Shown here piece after piece: positions 37,593 to 51,039 of a stretch of 64,000 nt of DNA (its first letter is position 1; each line of letters opens with the position of its first letter). The stretch comes from Mobula birostris (taxonomy: Eukaryota). The notes below the pieces were generated by a model. That model was not told where the DNA came from and searched no databases. It saw only the letters and a list, made by a program, of their open reading frames with translations. The translations under genes and the position numbers were made by a program. The stretch lies in assembly GCF_030028105.1 (NCBI RefSeq), contig NC_092371.1, positions 25,968,439-26,032,438 of the forward strand. Reading direction: 5' to 3'.

Positions 37593-39579
37593 ACACATCA
37601 TAGGTAAGCTTCCACTAGGGGATTACTCTTAGAATATTTTAAATAATCTGGGTGGTCAAAGGTGGAGGAATGGAGGGATGCATTACATAATATTGCATTT
37701 TTTTTAATGCAGTGATGGATATTCACAATAAGAGCACGTGCCTCCAGCAGTATGAATTAGACAAGAGGATGGTTGTGCAACATATATTTTTGAGAGAAAA
37801 AATATAATTTCTGGACTGAACCAAAGTGGAAACCAAATTTGCTACAGTCATTATCCAATGCTTTTTTTTAAAAAAAATACATTCCAATGTTTTAATTGGC
37901 AAATATTAAAGCTTATCTGACAGAATCCGGTCATACTTGAAATGCTGCACAACCTAAGCTCCCACACATCACTCCTCACACTTTCCTGTGATGCTTTAAG
38001 ATAGAGAAGAAAAGCGAAAATCAAATTTTAGAAAACTGCAGATGATGTATACACCCAGTTGGTCTGGCAGTATCCATGGAATGAGAAACAGTTAACATTC
38101 AGATCCTAAAGACAATGTCAAATGTCAACTGTTTCTCCCTCCACTGAATTCTGCTGACTTGCTGAGCGTTTCCAGCATCTTCTGCTTTATTTTTCCAGAC
38201 CTTTACCTAGAATCCGAAACCTACTCACCTTAACCACTTGAACTAACTACTCGCAAAGGTCCAGAGCAGCAACACACCCCACAGTCAAAAGTAGGTTCAG
38301 AGGTAACCTGACAAAAATGTGCGATATTATGTGACGCTTACTATTTTGCAAGACCATTTTATTACTTCTCATAAAAATGCTTTATTTAGTTGCTGAGCAT
38401 GCTGGTGAATAACCAAAATTTGCCTGTTTTTTAAGTGGCCTTGCTTGCAATATTTTATCCAACCAGACTTCTGTATTTATAAGTAGTCACAGTGATGTGA
38501 ATGGTAATGGATGGTGTCATAACAGGGATAATTATTGGTATGAGTGATGATAATAGCAGTGCAAATATTGCTTGGGAGTGGTACTCTTGTCCAATGAAAC
38601 TTAATTCAAATGCCTCCAATCAACTGCAAGGATCACAGAGTCTTCAGTCAGACGAAAATATAAATCACATCTCCCCTCAGCCATCTCTGCACTGCTCCAA
38701 CTAAGTCCAACAAACTTGGCAGACATCAACTCATCTTCCATCTGGCAAATTGCAGTCCTTAGGACTTCATGCTGAAATTAACAATTTAAGATAACTTAAT
38801 TTATATTTTTTCTATCCAGTTATGACTGTATCTTACATTTTCAACTTATACCTATTTTACTCTTGTTTCCAACTATCAGCTTTTAAAATAATTGTTACCT
38901 TCACAACTTTGGTCTGCATTCCATCATGGATATTGCCTTTGTCCTCTCCACAACTTAAAAAGCATATTTGCTTTCTTATTTCTTCAGTTTGGACAAAAGA
39001 TCCTTAATCTGAAAGGCTGACTTTATTTCCCTCCCTTGGGATGGTACCCAGCCTCATAAGCGTTTGCAATATTTTGTTTAGATTCCCAGCAGTTTTTATT
39101 TTGCTCAAATTATTGCTTAGATTCCTTAATGTATAAATATTAAACATGAAAAACAGTTGCGCAGAGCCAGCCTACACACAACTGCAAAGAGGCAGTCTCA
39201 CTTTCTTTATGGTACTTTACCAAAGCTAAGAAAATAATAAAAGAATTCTTGTTAGAATTCCTTGCATTATAGGATCTCCCACTGATTTCATCGAAGAGGG
39301 AGATGGCAAGTGTCCGGGAACATCATCAGCTCAGTTCCCCTCTAGCTTGCATCCCAGCAAGGAGCATACATTGCAATACTTCATTTTCACTAAACTTCAC
39401 CTCAGAACTCCCTAAATGACAGCTTCACCCAGTCTCCATTGGTTCAAAAAATCTCACAAGAGCCTCATGGGCAATCACATGTACAGACTGACTGGAATAA
39501 ATAGTTTTCAAAATTATTATCAAAAAACAAACTAATAATCACTTTAAGATGTAAAATAATTTTGCCTTCTTAAGGCCTT

Positions 39580-40350
39580 TGGAAGGACAAACCAAGGTAG
39601 AACATACAGGGTAAATGGTAAGGCACTGGGGAGTGCAGTAGAACAAAGGGATCTGGGAATACAGATACAAAATTTCCTAAAAGTGGTGTCACAGGTAGAT
39701 AGGGTCATAAGGAGTGCTTTTGGTACATTGACCTTTATTAATCAAAGTATTGAGTATAAGAGCTGGAATGTTATGAGGTTGTATAAGGCATTGGTGAGGC
39801 CGAATCCGGAGTATTGTGTTCAGTTTTGGTCACCACATTACAGGAAGGACATTAATAAGGTTGAAAGAGTGCAGAGAAGGTTTACAAGGATGTTGCCGGG
39901 ACTTGAGAAACTCAGTTACAGAGAAAGGTTGAATAGGTTAGGACTTTATTCCCTGGAGCGTAGAAGAATGAGGGGAGATTTGATAGAGGTATATAAAATT
40001 ATGATGGGTATAGATAGAGTGAATGCAAGCAGGCTTTTTCCACTGAGGCAAGGGGAGAAAAAAACCAGAGGGCATTGGTTAAGGGTGAAGGGGAAAAAGT
40101 TTAAAGGGAACATGGGGGGGGGCTTCTTCACACAGAGAGTGGTGGGAGTGTGGAATGAGCTGCCAGACAAGGTGGTAAATGCGGGTTCTTTTTTTAACAT
40201 TTAAGGATAAATTGGATAGATACATGGATGGGAGGCGTATGGAGGGATATGGTCCATGTGCAAGTCAGTGGGACTAGGCATAAAATGATTTAGCACAGCT
40301 AAGAAGGGCCAAAAGGCCTGTTTCTGTGCTGTAGTTTTTCTATAGTTTCT
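39580..40350 (+). mobile_element. CR1 LINE 3' fragment, relatively young
   Basis: LYKALVRPNPEYCVQFWSP...RMRGDLIEVYKIM...FFTQRVVGVWNELP. Confidence 0.92.
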
Positions 40351-42147
40351 AAAGTAAAAGATGCAGGAGAAACCCAGATTCTGACATCATTGGTCTATGT
40401 AGACTTCATAAATCTGGGGTATGACAGAGTAAATGTTTAATCACTCCCAAATAGTTCTTGCGCTCTCTGGCTGGAAATTACAGTGTCAACAGACTTTGAA
40501 AAATTAGTCTCAATTTTCCACACCCTCAACACAAAAAGTCTTGTACACTCCAAGTTCCTAATGCCATTTACAGCACTCCTATCCCACTGCTTTCATTACC
40601 AATTAAAACATTTTCAGCATTTTATATTTTGGCAGAAAATAATTGCTTAATTGTAGCAAATGCCTTCATGGGAAAACTGAGCAAGCACATGGCAAATGAA
40701 CAGATGGTGTATGGATGGTATTGTTGAATGTACAGGGAGTTCATTTAAAGCATTGACATATTTGCTTTGGTTGGTTTGTGCTGTAAATTCTGTGCCTAAC
40801 TTCCACGCCATAAGTGTGCTTAATTCAGCTTATGCCATTGCGCAAGATACAGAATGTCACAATGGAGTTTTGTTTACTCTTGTTTTTAAACATGAATATC
40901 AATAAATGAGCATCTGTAATCTTTGTTGTAAAAATATGTAAAGCAACCAAAGGTTGGACTATATAATAATGAAGCACATATTCTATCGGTTCTTCACTGA
41001 TAAGACTGGTGTTTGTGTTCATGAGCTAATAACACAACACCCACGGACTAAGGAGCCAGATTAAGCACAAATTCAAATCCAAGGCTGTTTTTAATTTACC
41101 TCTATCCCCAACAAGGTCTGGTCGCCTGCAATTCAATGCAATTGACATTCAACCAATGACGAAAGCAAGCTAGCAAGGCATTTAGTTGTAGTAATGACTG
41201 ACCTTAAAGTGAACAGGAGGTCATCATTTGGCCTCGCTTTCATGCTGCACCATTCAGTAAAATCACCACAACTTTTCTGCATCACATTCTGTAATGTCCT
41301 TAATATCCCAAACACTAGCAATCTCACCAGTGCCTTTGGACTGGCAATTCAAAGGTTCACTACCCTTTGGTGAGGGAATCCCCCTCACCTGTTCTGACTG
41401 GCTGACCTCTTTGAGACTGATCCCTAGTTTTCCCTGGCTGTGATATCTTGACCACCACCAATGCATCAACCCAGTGAAGATATACCTCACAGGACAATCT
41501 CTCCCATCCCAGGTGTTCATCTCTCTTTTACAAGCATTTTGCCATAGATCAGGAGACTATGTGTGCATGATACTCTAGGTGTGGTCTCACTTGAGCACGA
41601 CTTCTCTACTCATTAAAATCCTTTCGGAAAGGAATAAGCTTTGGCAGCAACATAAATTGTGATCACCAGGAAGGTCAACCTTGTACAAATTGACTTTGAA
41701 GAACACGTCATTATGAACGTCAAATGTGCAATATCAAGGCTCTTCGTCAAGGTCAACAGATGGCCATTTAATCATAAAGATACCCACTCCAAGAAGCAAA
41801 CTATATGCTGGGACAGTGCTCATCAACTGTGGCTAGAAGCACATGCTGGCTTTTCAGGTAAGCTCTAGAAAGGTTAAGCAATGAAAGGAATAATGCAAGT
41901 TATTTACTGTGAAGCCCACCCCTCTCCCATCCAATAAAGTTAATTTCAGTTTTTTTTAAGTTATTCCTCCAGCATCGACTACGTTTAGGGTTGGTTAAGA
42001 ACCAGTAATCTTGTAATTGAAAGACACTTGTGGGTTTTAAAATGAATGAATGACATAGATCTAACTTCAAAATTCAACTTCAAATTCATTGTCACTTGCC
42101 TATACAACCAATGTTCCTCCAAACCACAGCACATAAAATATTACCAC

Positions 42148-42485
42148 AGATAGAGTTGATGTGGATAGGCTTTTTTCCACTGAGAGTGGGGGAGATTCAA
42201 ACAAGAGGACATGAGTTGAGAGTTAAAAGGCAAATGTTTAGGTGTAACATGAGGGGGAACTTCTTTACTCAGGGAGTGGTAGCTGTGTGGAACGAGCTTC
42301 CAGCAGAAGTGGTTGATGCAGGTTCGACGTTGTCGTTTAAAGTTAAATTGGACAGCTATATGGACAGGAAAGGAATGGAGGGTTATGGGCTGAGTGCCAG
42401 TCGGTGAGAGTAGGAGTAAGAGTTCGGCACGGACTAGAAGGGCCAAGGTGGCCTGTTTCCGTGCTGTAATTGTTATACGGTTAAT
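42148..42485 (+). mobile_element. CR1 3' end inserted in a minus-strand Rex1 fragment (about 42060-43190)
   Basis: TRGHELRV...FFTQGVVAVWNELP; flanks read as antisense Rex1 3' sequence. Confidence 0.75.
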
Positions 42486-43910
42486 AGTTAAAACAGTACT
42501 GCACAGCACAGGTAAACAGCTCGCTGCCCTAGTGACCTCAGTGGTGGCAGGATATTCATTAGTCTCACAGCTTGAGGGAGGACACTGTTACCCAAACCAG
42601 CAGCCCTAGTCCTGACACTTCTGTACCTCCTTCCTAAATGTAGTGGGTCAAAGAGATTGTGGGATGGGTGGTAAGGATTCTCAGCATTTCTTCGAGCCCT
42701 TCGTACACAATGCTCCTGGTAAATGTCACAAATAGGTTGGTGGGCAGGGGTGGTAGTTAGACCCAGATGATCCTCCCAGCAGTTTTTAATATGCTTTGTA
42801 GGGTCGTGTGGGCAGATGCCTTGCAGCTTCTGTCAGGATACTCTCAATGGTGCTCTTGTAGGAAGTTGTTAGAATGGGGGTGGGGAGCTTTGCATACCTC
42901 ATTCTCCTCAGAAAGTTAAGTGCCGCTGTGCCTTCTTGACTAATGAGGTGGTGGTGTGGGTCCTGGTTAGATCATCCATTTTGTGCAAACCAAGGCATTT
43001 ACATGCTCTTCACTCTCTCCACAGCAGAGCCATTGATGTGCAATGGAGAATGGTCAACCTGTGCCTTCCTGAAGTACACAACCATCTTAACTGCATTGAG
43101 ACTCAGGTTGTTGTTCTCACACCGATTGACAAGCCTCTCTACCTCCTCTCTGTATGCCAACTCAATAATGTTGTTGGTGAACTCTGAATGAAAAATTATT
43201 CATTCAGACATAATTTATTATATCTAATCCATTGGATCTTGTAATTTGAAAACACCCCCATATCACTCCTCAATGACCCAAGAAGTACATTCCAAGCTTC
43301 TCCTGCAAATCCTCAATTTCAATCTTTTACCCTACGGATTATTTGGTGAAATGTGCTGGACCTATTTCAAGTTGCCTGACTTTTAAATGCTTCCAGATCC
43401 AAGTAAGGCTCCATACAAAATAACACTCAGTTAAGGCATCGTTTTTTTTTGCAGTCTATTTATTCACTACATTTTGAAGTTAATTGAGTGCCTAATACTG
43501 ATATCATGTATCTCTAGGTTACAATGCAAAAGCTGAAGTTAGATTAATTAATGTTCTTCAAGTGACTCAGTGTTCCACAAGGATCAGACTGACCCAGCAA
43601 TGAGTGAGATGATGCAACACTTGGAAACCATGCATCAAATACCAAGCATACCTCAATCCAAGATGAGACAAGTGAACTCAGTACACCTTTCATGAAATGA
43701 CAAACATTCATGAATTCAATTACCTATTTGTCAAGAGCCCTATACAAGATTCAAATCAATTTTGTTGAATCTCGTATGATTAACCTTCAGAATGACCTCA
43801 GACACACCATCAGGAAAATATTGTTTTACCTGCAGTGTTGCATTAAGTCTCTGCAATCACATTTTTAAAGTTTATTACTTTGAATAGCAGAAAGTCTCTT
43901 CTAGCATTTA

Positions 43911-45484
43911 CATAGAGCCTATAAAAATGATTCACCCCACCCTTGGAAGTTTTCCTTTTTTATTGAATCACAGTGGATTTAATTTGGCTTTTCTGACACT
44001 GATTAACAGAAAAAGACACTTTCATGTCAAAGTGAAAACAGATCTCTATAAAGTCATCTAAATTAATAACAAATATTAAAAATAATTGATTGCACAAGTA
44101 TTCACCCCCCCCCCTTTAATATGGCACACCAAATCATCACTGGTGTGGCCAATTGGTTTTAGAAGTCACATACTGAGTTAAATGGAGATGTTTTTGGAGA
44201 CCTGTGTGCAGTCAAGGTGTTTCAATTGATCGTAGTAAAGATACACCTGTATCTGTAAGGTCTAACTGCTAGTGAGTCAGTATCAAACTACACTATGAAG
44301 ACAAAAGAACACTCCAAGCAACTCCATGAAAAGGTTATTGAAAAGCACGTCAGGAGATGTATACAAGAAAAATCTTCCTTGGAGTATGGTTAAGTCAATC
44401 ATCAAGAAAATGAAAAGAATATGGTACAGCTGTAAATCTGCATAGAGCAGGACATCCTCAAAAACCTGAGTGACCGTGCAAGAAGGGGACTAGTGAGGGA
44501 GGTCACCAAGAGACCCATAACAACTCTGGAGGAGTTACAAGCTTCAGTGGCTGAGCCGGGAGAGGTTGCACAGACAACTATTGCCCAGGTGCTTCATCAG
44601 TTGCAGCTTTATGGGAGAGTGGCAAAGAGAAAGCCACTGTTGAAAAAAACAAATGAAATCTTGGCTAGAGTTTGCTAAAAGGCATGTAAGAGACTCTGAA
44701 GTCAGCTGGAAGAAGGTTCTATGGTCTGATGAAACTAAAATTGAGCTTTTTGGTCTTCAGACTAAATGCTGTTTGGCATAAGCCAAACACATCAAAAACA
44801 CACCATTCCTACCATGAGCATGTTGGTGGCTACATCATGCTGCGGGGATGTTTCACTGCAACAGGCCCTGGAAGGCTTGTGAAGGTAGAGGGTAAAACAA
44901 ATGCAACAAAGTACAGGGAAATCCTGGAGGAAAACCTGATGCAGTCTGCAAGAAAACTGTGACATGGGAGAAGACTTGTTTTCCCAGCAAGACAATGACC
45001 CCAAGCATAAATCCAACGCTACACAAGAATGGCTTAAAAACAAAATAATGTCCTGGAGTGGCTAAGTCAGAGTCCAAACCTCAATCCAATTGAGAATTTG
45101 TCGCTGGACTTGAAAAGGGCTGTTCACTCATGATCCTCATGCAACCTGTCAAGGCTTGAGCAGTTTTATAAAGAAGAATGGGGGAAAAATTGCAGTGTCC
45201 AGATGTGCAAAGCTGATCGAGACCTATCCACACAGACTCAAGGCTGTAATTGCTGTCAAAGGTCCATCTACTAAATACTGACTTCAAGGATGTGAATATT
45301 TATGCAATCAATTATTTTGTGTTTTATATTTGTACTTAATTTAATCACTTTGTAGAGATTGTTTTTCACTTAGACACAATGGAATCTTTTTCTGTTGATC
45401 AGTGTCAAACCTGTTGTGATTCAATGCTGTAAAACAATAAAACATGAAAATTTCCAGGGGGATGAATACTTTTTATAGACACTG
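43911..45484 (+). mobile_element. Second Tc1-family transposon, decayed
   Basis: TA-flanked ITRs (CATAGAGCCTATAAAAATGATTCACCCC / GGGGATGAATACTTTTTATAGACACTG); transposase remnants from 44295 (MKTKEHS, KVLWSDETK, QQDNDPKHKS). Confidence 0.9.
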
Positions 45485-45584
45485 TAACACAGAGGAAAAA
45501 TTCTTTACAACTATGTAAAAATAGGTTGCTTTTAAACTGCTAGTTTCAAAACAGTGTAGTCATAGGGAATCTTTTTAGTAGGTT

Positions 45585-46105
45585 ATGAGGCCCTCTGTTG
45601 GTCAGAGTCAACCAAGGATATTGCATCCTAGTTGCCTATGTGATACATTGGCCAGGGCAACATGAGAGCAAGCTGTTGTATATGCAACAGGTCTCCCCTT
45701 TCCACATAGCTGATGAAATTAAATGAATGGCAGACACCAATACAGTTAGGCACCAGCAGCATGCATCACAGAATTTGCCAGTCAGCTTTAAACTCAACGT
45801 ACAACTACCTTTGGGACTTCAGATCCCGCCCCCCCCCTCAGGGTTTACTCCCTAATCCTTCCCCATGAGAGGGGAAAACAGCTGAAAGATAGTGGAGGTT
45901 TGTGATCAGAGTTTTCCTTCTCCTAGATGAACAGCCAACCACTGCTGACAAGCCTGGATCTGCCCAAAGCGACTGATTTTAAGGTGCCAGTAACCCACTT
46001 TCGCCTCTCCTGTAAGTAGGAACAGTTCCGCTGACTAGAGGCTAAGCCACACATGAAGGCCAGGAGCTGGACCTGGCTGTCAGAGGAGACACATGCTATT
46101 AAGAG
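45585..46105. repeat. Unclassified interspersed repeat
   Basis: GC-elevated block with sharp boundaries in AT-rich DNA; family not identified. Confidence 0.3.
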
Positions 46106-46699
46106 CTTATCCCCACCACCTCCCCAGCCAAGAGAATCTTAAGGAAAAGTAATTTGTTCGTAGGTTAACAAACTGATTATGACAACAGCTGGAAGCCATC
46201 TCCAACTCCCGTACTGTCAGAACCAGCAACGAATGAGATGATGGAAAATATGAAAACTGTGCACCAAACATCACAGATTTACAATCATCTAACTTCACAA
46301 CAAAAAAAGGACCCAGAAACTGCCTACAAACTGATACAAACAGCAATATGAAATTCAGATCTCTCTCAACAGTGCATTAAAAATGAATGCACTGATCAAA
46401 ATCAGCCACTTTAGGGGGTACTAATGACAACCAAGCTATGAATCAAGACATTGGACAATTGATTTTCTGGTTTTCTTTCCTGTATAAAATTAATTTACAT
46501 TATCATTATTCATTACATTTTTGGGGTGGGAAAGAAGATGCCCCATTTGGTATCCCATTGCCCCAGTATGAATATGGTCCTTGCCAATAATGCAAGGCAA
46601 AAATTGGACAGCATCTTTCAGATTTATCTGAAGAATAGAGGGACAAGTTACATTAGATTTTACAATCAAAATGCCCCAACACATTTCACTCAATACAAA

Positions 46700-46871
46700 C
46701 ACTCAAGTAAAAAAAAATTCCACAATCCATTAAAGAATGAGAGTTTAAATAATATCTGTATTTTGAATCAACATTAGTCAGTATTGCAGTGTTCAATTGC
46801 ATTCAGCGTTCCAACAACAAGGACGATAACTTGTAAGAGTTCACATCTTCAAACTTTCAGGTCTTCAGATC
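46700..46871 (-). other. ATP5F1E: Probable noncoding last exon (3' UTR) of ATP5F1E; 3' end undefined
   Basis: Strong acceptor taattttgtgtttctgcAG at 46873-46872; a donor follows the stop codon, so a downstream UTR exon is expected. Confidence 0.5.
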
Positions 46872-48064
46872 CTGCAGAAACACAAAATTAAACAATTAAT
46901 ATAATGTAATAAATATTATATCTCTAAATCCTTTCAAAGTTATGATCAACTTACAGCACTTAGTTAAAATGCCACCTAACTGAACGGGGAAACTGGGAAA
47001 GATTAAAAGAATTTTATATAAAGATTTCAAGAGGACTAGGTCAATTTAAAACTACAGTTTTAAACCTACACAAAGGAAACCATGAAGGAATGAGTTTGGT
47101 CATAGCAGAATGGCACTATGTGAATGAATTAATATGCATGACAGCAAGAAGCAATGGCTAAATTAAAACAAATGAACACACGCTTACTATAAATATATAT
47201 CTTTTCAAGGCACTAAACCTGAACAGGATCAGGGGGTCCATCAACCCATGAATGAGACTGCCAGTCGTAGCAACAGCCGATACTCACTGCTGGAATAGTG
47301 CCAGATCTAAGATTTAAATCAGAAAACTGGGAGCTTTATCCTTGGAGCAGAAACAATTAAAGTAAAAAGGATGAATAACTTTAGTAAATTCATGAATGTC
47401 GGACATTGTAAATATGGAGGATCTGCTTTCAGTGACAATTGTCAGGAGTTTGCAGATGGATTCAAAATACTGGTTAAACCAATGAAAGATGTCACATGAA
47501 AATAAAAGATCATGTTATTGCAAACTGGGTTGTGAAAAGGAAAATCATGATTGGTTAAAATAGAGTGAACAGACCATAATACACAGGAGCAGAATTAGGC
47601 CATTTGGCCCATCATGTTTAACATTTTTCCTGGAATGGCGATGGAGACAAGTATGGGATTACAAGTAAATGAGCAAAGTAATTCATTGGTTAGCTCCAGT
47701 AATGAGCCTGCATTGATTCTGTGGGCCACACAGTCTGCTCCAGTACTCTGCAACTGATTCCAGTTGCCCTAACCCCGACTGCACTTAATCCAAACACAGA
47801 TTCAGACCCTGGTCTTGAGTTAGTTGAACTCAGACCATTACAAATGATCTTTTGCCCTTGGTCAGTGAAAGACTGCTAGAAGTATGAAGGAGTGAAACCT
47901 GAACATTTGAGGGGGAACTGAGAGCATTCATGAAACCATAGAGCATTAGCAGCTTGTGTCACAAATGGGAGGAATGGAATCATTGCAGCTTCAATCTCTC
48001 ATTTTTTAAAAATTGCTCTTTTAAACCCCATTTGAAACATGAAAGTTATATAATCAGGGAGGAC

Positions 48065-48880
48065 CACAAAACACAGCAGCAGAATTAGGCCATTTGGCCA
48101 ATCAAGTCTGCTCTACCATTTCATCATGGCTAATTTATTATCCCTCTCAACCCCATTCTTCTGCCTTCTCCCAGTAACATTTAACACCCTAACTAATCAA
48201 GAAATTATCAACCTCCACTTTATATATACCCAATGACTTGGGCTACACAGCCACCTGTGGCAATGAATTCTACAGATTCACCAGCCTCTCACTAAAGAAA
48301 TTCCACGTCTCTGTTTCTTACACAAGGGGCCTAAAGGGACATCCTTCTATTTGGAGGCTATGCCAACTGGTCTTAGACGCCCCCACCATAGGAAACTTCC
48401 TCTCCATGTCCACTCTCTCTAGGCCTTTCAATATTTGATACGTTTCAGTGACATCCCCCACTTTCTTTTATCACGTAAAGGCCCAGAAGGACCAAACACT
48501 ACTCATACAATAAACACTTCATTCCTGGGATAATTCTTGTGAACCTCCTCTGCACCCCCTTCCACGCCAGCACATCCTTTCCTAGATAAGCGGCCTAAAA
48601 CTGCTTACGATACTCCCAAATGCAATCTGACCAATGCATTGCAAGCCCTCAGGCACTACATACAAGAGAAAATCCGCAGATGCTGACGAGGGGTTTTGGC
48701 ATGAAACATCAACTGTACCTTTGCTCCCCCATATATGCTACCTGGCCTGCTGAGTTCCTCCAGTATTCTGTGTGTTCCGCAACCTTGTTTTTAATATTCT
48801 AGTCCTCTCAAAATGAATGATAACATTACATTTGCCTTCCTTACTGTCGACTCAACCTGTAAGTTAATCTTTCAGGAAAG
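48065..48880 (-). mobile_element. Degraded CR1 3' fragment containing a Penelope terminal piece (about 48660-48780)
   Basis: Antisense CR1 tail (AGAATTAGGCCATTTGGCC...); nested CTGACGAG...GAAACATCAACTG motif. Confidence 0.65.
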
Positions 48881-49201
48881 GCACAACAATTAATGAAATA
48901 GCAGCCATCGCAAGGATACAGAAGAACTCTATCATCTTTTTCATATTTGGATAAAAACGTAAGCATTTCATAAAACAATTTATTAAGATCTTACTTCCAG
49001 CAATGCTACATCTTTTGACTGGTATTCACAACCAGTTAAACCACAGCACAAGCGGACCCACAATTAAAAAATGGACCACTCGACTTTAACTGGAAAATAT
49101 TCTTGGATGGATATACCACTTCATAAAACAACTGCACTGTCGCAAACATCACTAACAATTTGCTTTTGCTAAGCCACTTTGAACATAAAAAGCCCCTGCA
49201 A

Positions 49202-49720
49202 CTACAGTTGTGTGTGTGTGTGTGTGTGTATACATACACACACACACAGCGCCTATGATTTTTGCACAGTACTGTATTTGTCAAGATGGAGAGGAGAGCG
49301 AGTTTGTAAATCTGGCGGGAGCAAATGATGTTGGGAATGGCAAGGAGGGGTATGGGACAGCTGGCAGAGTGCCAGAGGGCAGAGACTGGTGCGGGTGCAG
49401 ACACACTCAACCCTGAGACACCAAGCAAAGTAATTTGATTCCAAACAATTGGTTTACTGATCATTACACAATGTCTCGCTGGTGCTTTCTGCTCCCTCCT
49501 CTCTTCCCCAAACATGATCCCCCTCTCCCTGCCCCCTTCCCACTCTCAGTTCACCAGAGAGATCCTTATAAGAATCAGGTTTGTCATTACTCACGCATCA
49601 TGAAATTTATTTTTATTTTTGCAGCAGTATGGTGCAATATACAAAATTACTACAGTAATGTGCAAGTCTTCAGGCACCCTAGCCATATACATGTGCCCAA
49701 AGCTTTTGCACAGTTCTGCA
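49202..49720. mobile_element. Composite repeat bracketed by two Tc1-like mini-MITE hairpins
   Basis: TIR-like ...TTTTGCACAGTACTGTA ends both 49202-49275 and 49651-49720; the latter is itself an inverted repeat. Confidence 0.55.
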
Positions 49721-49750
49721 CGCAGATCAACAAAACGCATTACTTACACA

Positions 49751-49871
49751 TTACTCTTTTGGCTTGTTGACTTTTACATTTATATCTCCTACTTTCTTAG
49801 CCTCTGCTTGGTACTGGGGTTTCAGAGCAGCCCGCACTGCTTGTGCACAAATACGAGAATAACGAATGTAA
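49751..49871 (-). CDS. ATP5F1E: ATP5F1E coding exon 2 (YIRYSRICAQAVRAALKPQYQAEAKKVGDINVKVNKPKE*); protein 50 aa
   Basis: Acceptor ctcttccAG; TAA at 49753-49751, then 3 nt and donor GTAAGT; too short for the ORF track. Confidence 0.96.
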
Positions 49872-51007
49872 CTGGAAGAGAACCGAGAGCAAACATAAAT
49901 CAAAGCATTTCTTTGGTGTTAGGCTCAAATGTAATTAATGCTCCAACCACAAAAGCAGTAACTCCAATGAAATATACATGTTAAATTTGCTGAAGCTACA
50001 AGTAGTAAGATGAGGCTTCCAAGGTTTTATCTGTGAATCTAAATCACCTGTCTTCACCTTGCACCACTCAGATGGATAGAATTTTATGCAAAGATCAAAA
50101 ATGATTTAATACACTGGAATATCAATTTTTACTGCAAATGGTGACACTGCACCATGTATGGACTAAGCTGTCTCGATGGCACGAAAAGCCATTGTATTTC
50201 AGCACTAGTGACAATAATATTAGTGTACTGTTCCAAGAGAAAAGATCAATACTACATGTCACCGAGGGAGCAGCAAAGTAGACTGATTTCAGGAAGGACG
50301 TGTATGCTGTGTTATATCAGGCAAAACTGACTACATACACTAGCGTTCAGCAGAATAAGACAGACATTACTGTAACATCAAATCCTTACATCACTCAACC
50401 GATAGGATGCAGAGGATGCTAATGTCACGTCAGAGGACTTCAGATCAAGAAGTCACAATTTCAGAATAAAAAGGCCATTTAGTGCCAAGATGGATCGAAA
50501 TAACTTCATCAAAGCGTTTGTTGCCCCAGATTCCAGCAAAGGCAGACTCCAATTTCTCGAGGTCTCCACACCAGAGGGCTGCGGCAGCAGTTAACAAGCT
50601 CATTCAAAAGAAGTTATCGGATTTCTGGACACGAAGAGAACCAAGGATGTGGATGACAATGATGAGTGGCAAGCAGGCTCACTAGGGGACCCAACAGCCA
50701 ACTCCAGCGCTTGATAAACTAATTTGGGAGTCAAAACAATGAAGCTTCAAGGGCCTTCTGTCCTACACCCTCAACCTCCTCTTTCCCTCCATCCCTCCCC
50801 AAACCAAGGACACTGCGCCCCGGTCCCCAGCCGAAGACACGCCCGGTGATACCTATAACCTCCAGCCAGGATCTCAAGGTGGAAGCCAGCAGCGCTTCAC
50901 GGGCCTACTGGTGAAGGCGGCATCCGCCGGTCCGACGATGGCCCCAGTACCCCCAACCCTAGACCCACCTCATCCTGGACACTCTACCCGTTCGGTCCCG
51001 GACCTAC

Positions 51008-51039
51008 CTGAGTCCCGCCTGTCTCCAGTACGCCACCAT
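51008..51039 (-). CDS. ATP5F1E: ATP5F1E coding exon 1 (MVAYWRQAGL-S)
   Basis: aaaATG GTG GCG TAC TGG AGA CAG GCG GGA CTC AG|GTAGGT inside a CpG island; diagnostic epsilon-subunit N-terminus. Confidence 0.96.

Noticed and set aside
49036-49984. ORFs of 159, 111 and 121 aa around ATP5F1E exon 2
   Set aside because: They cross microsatellite and repeat sequence or are antisense to the real exon
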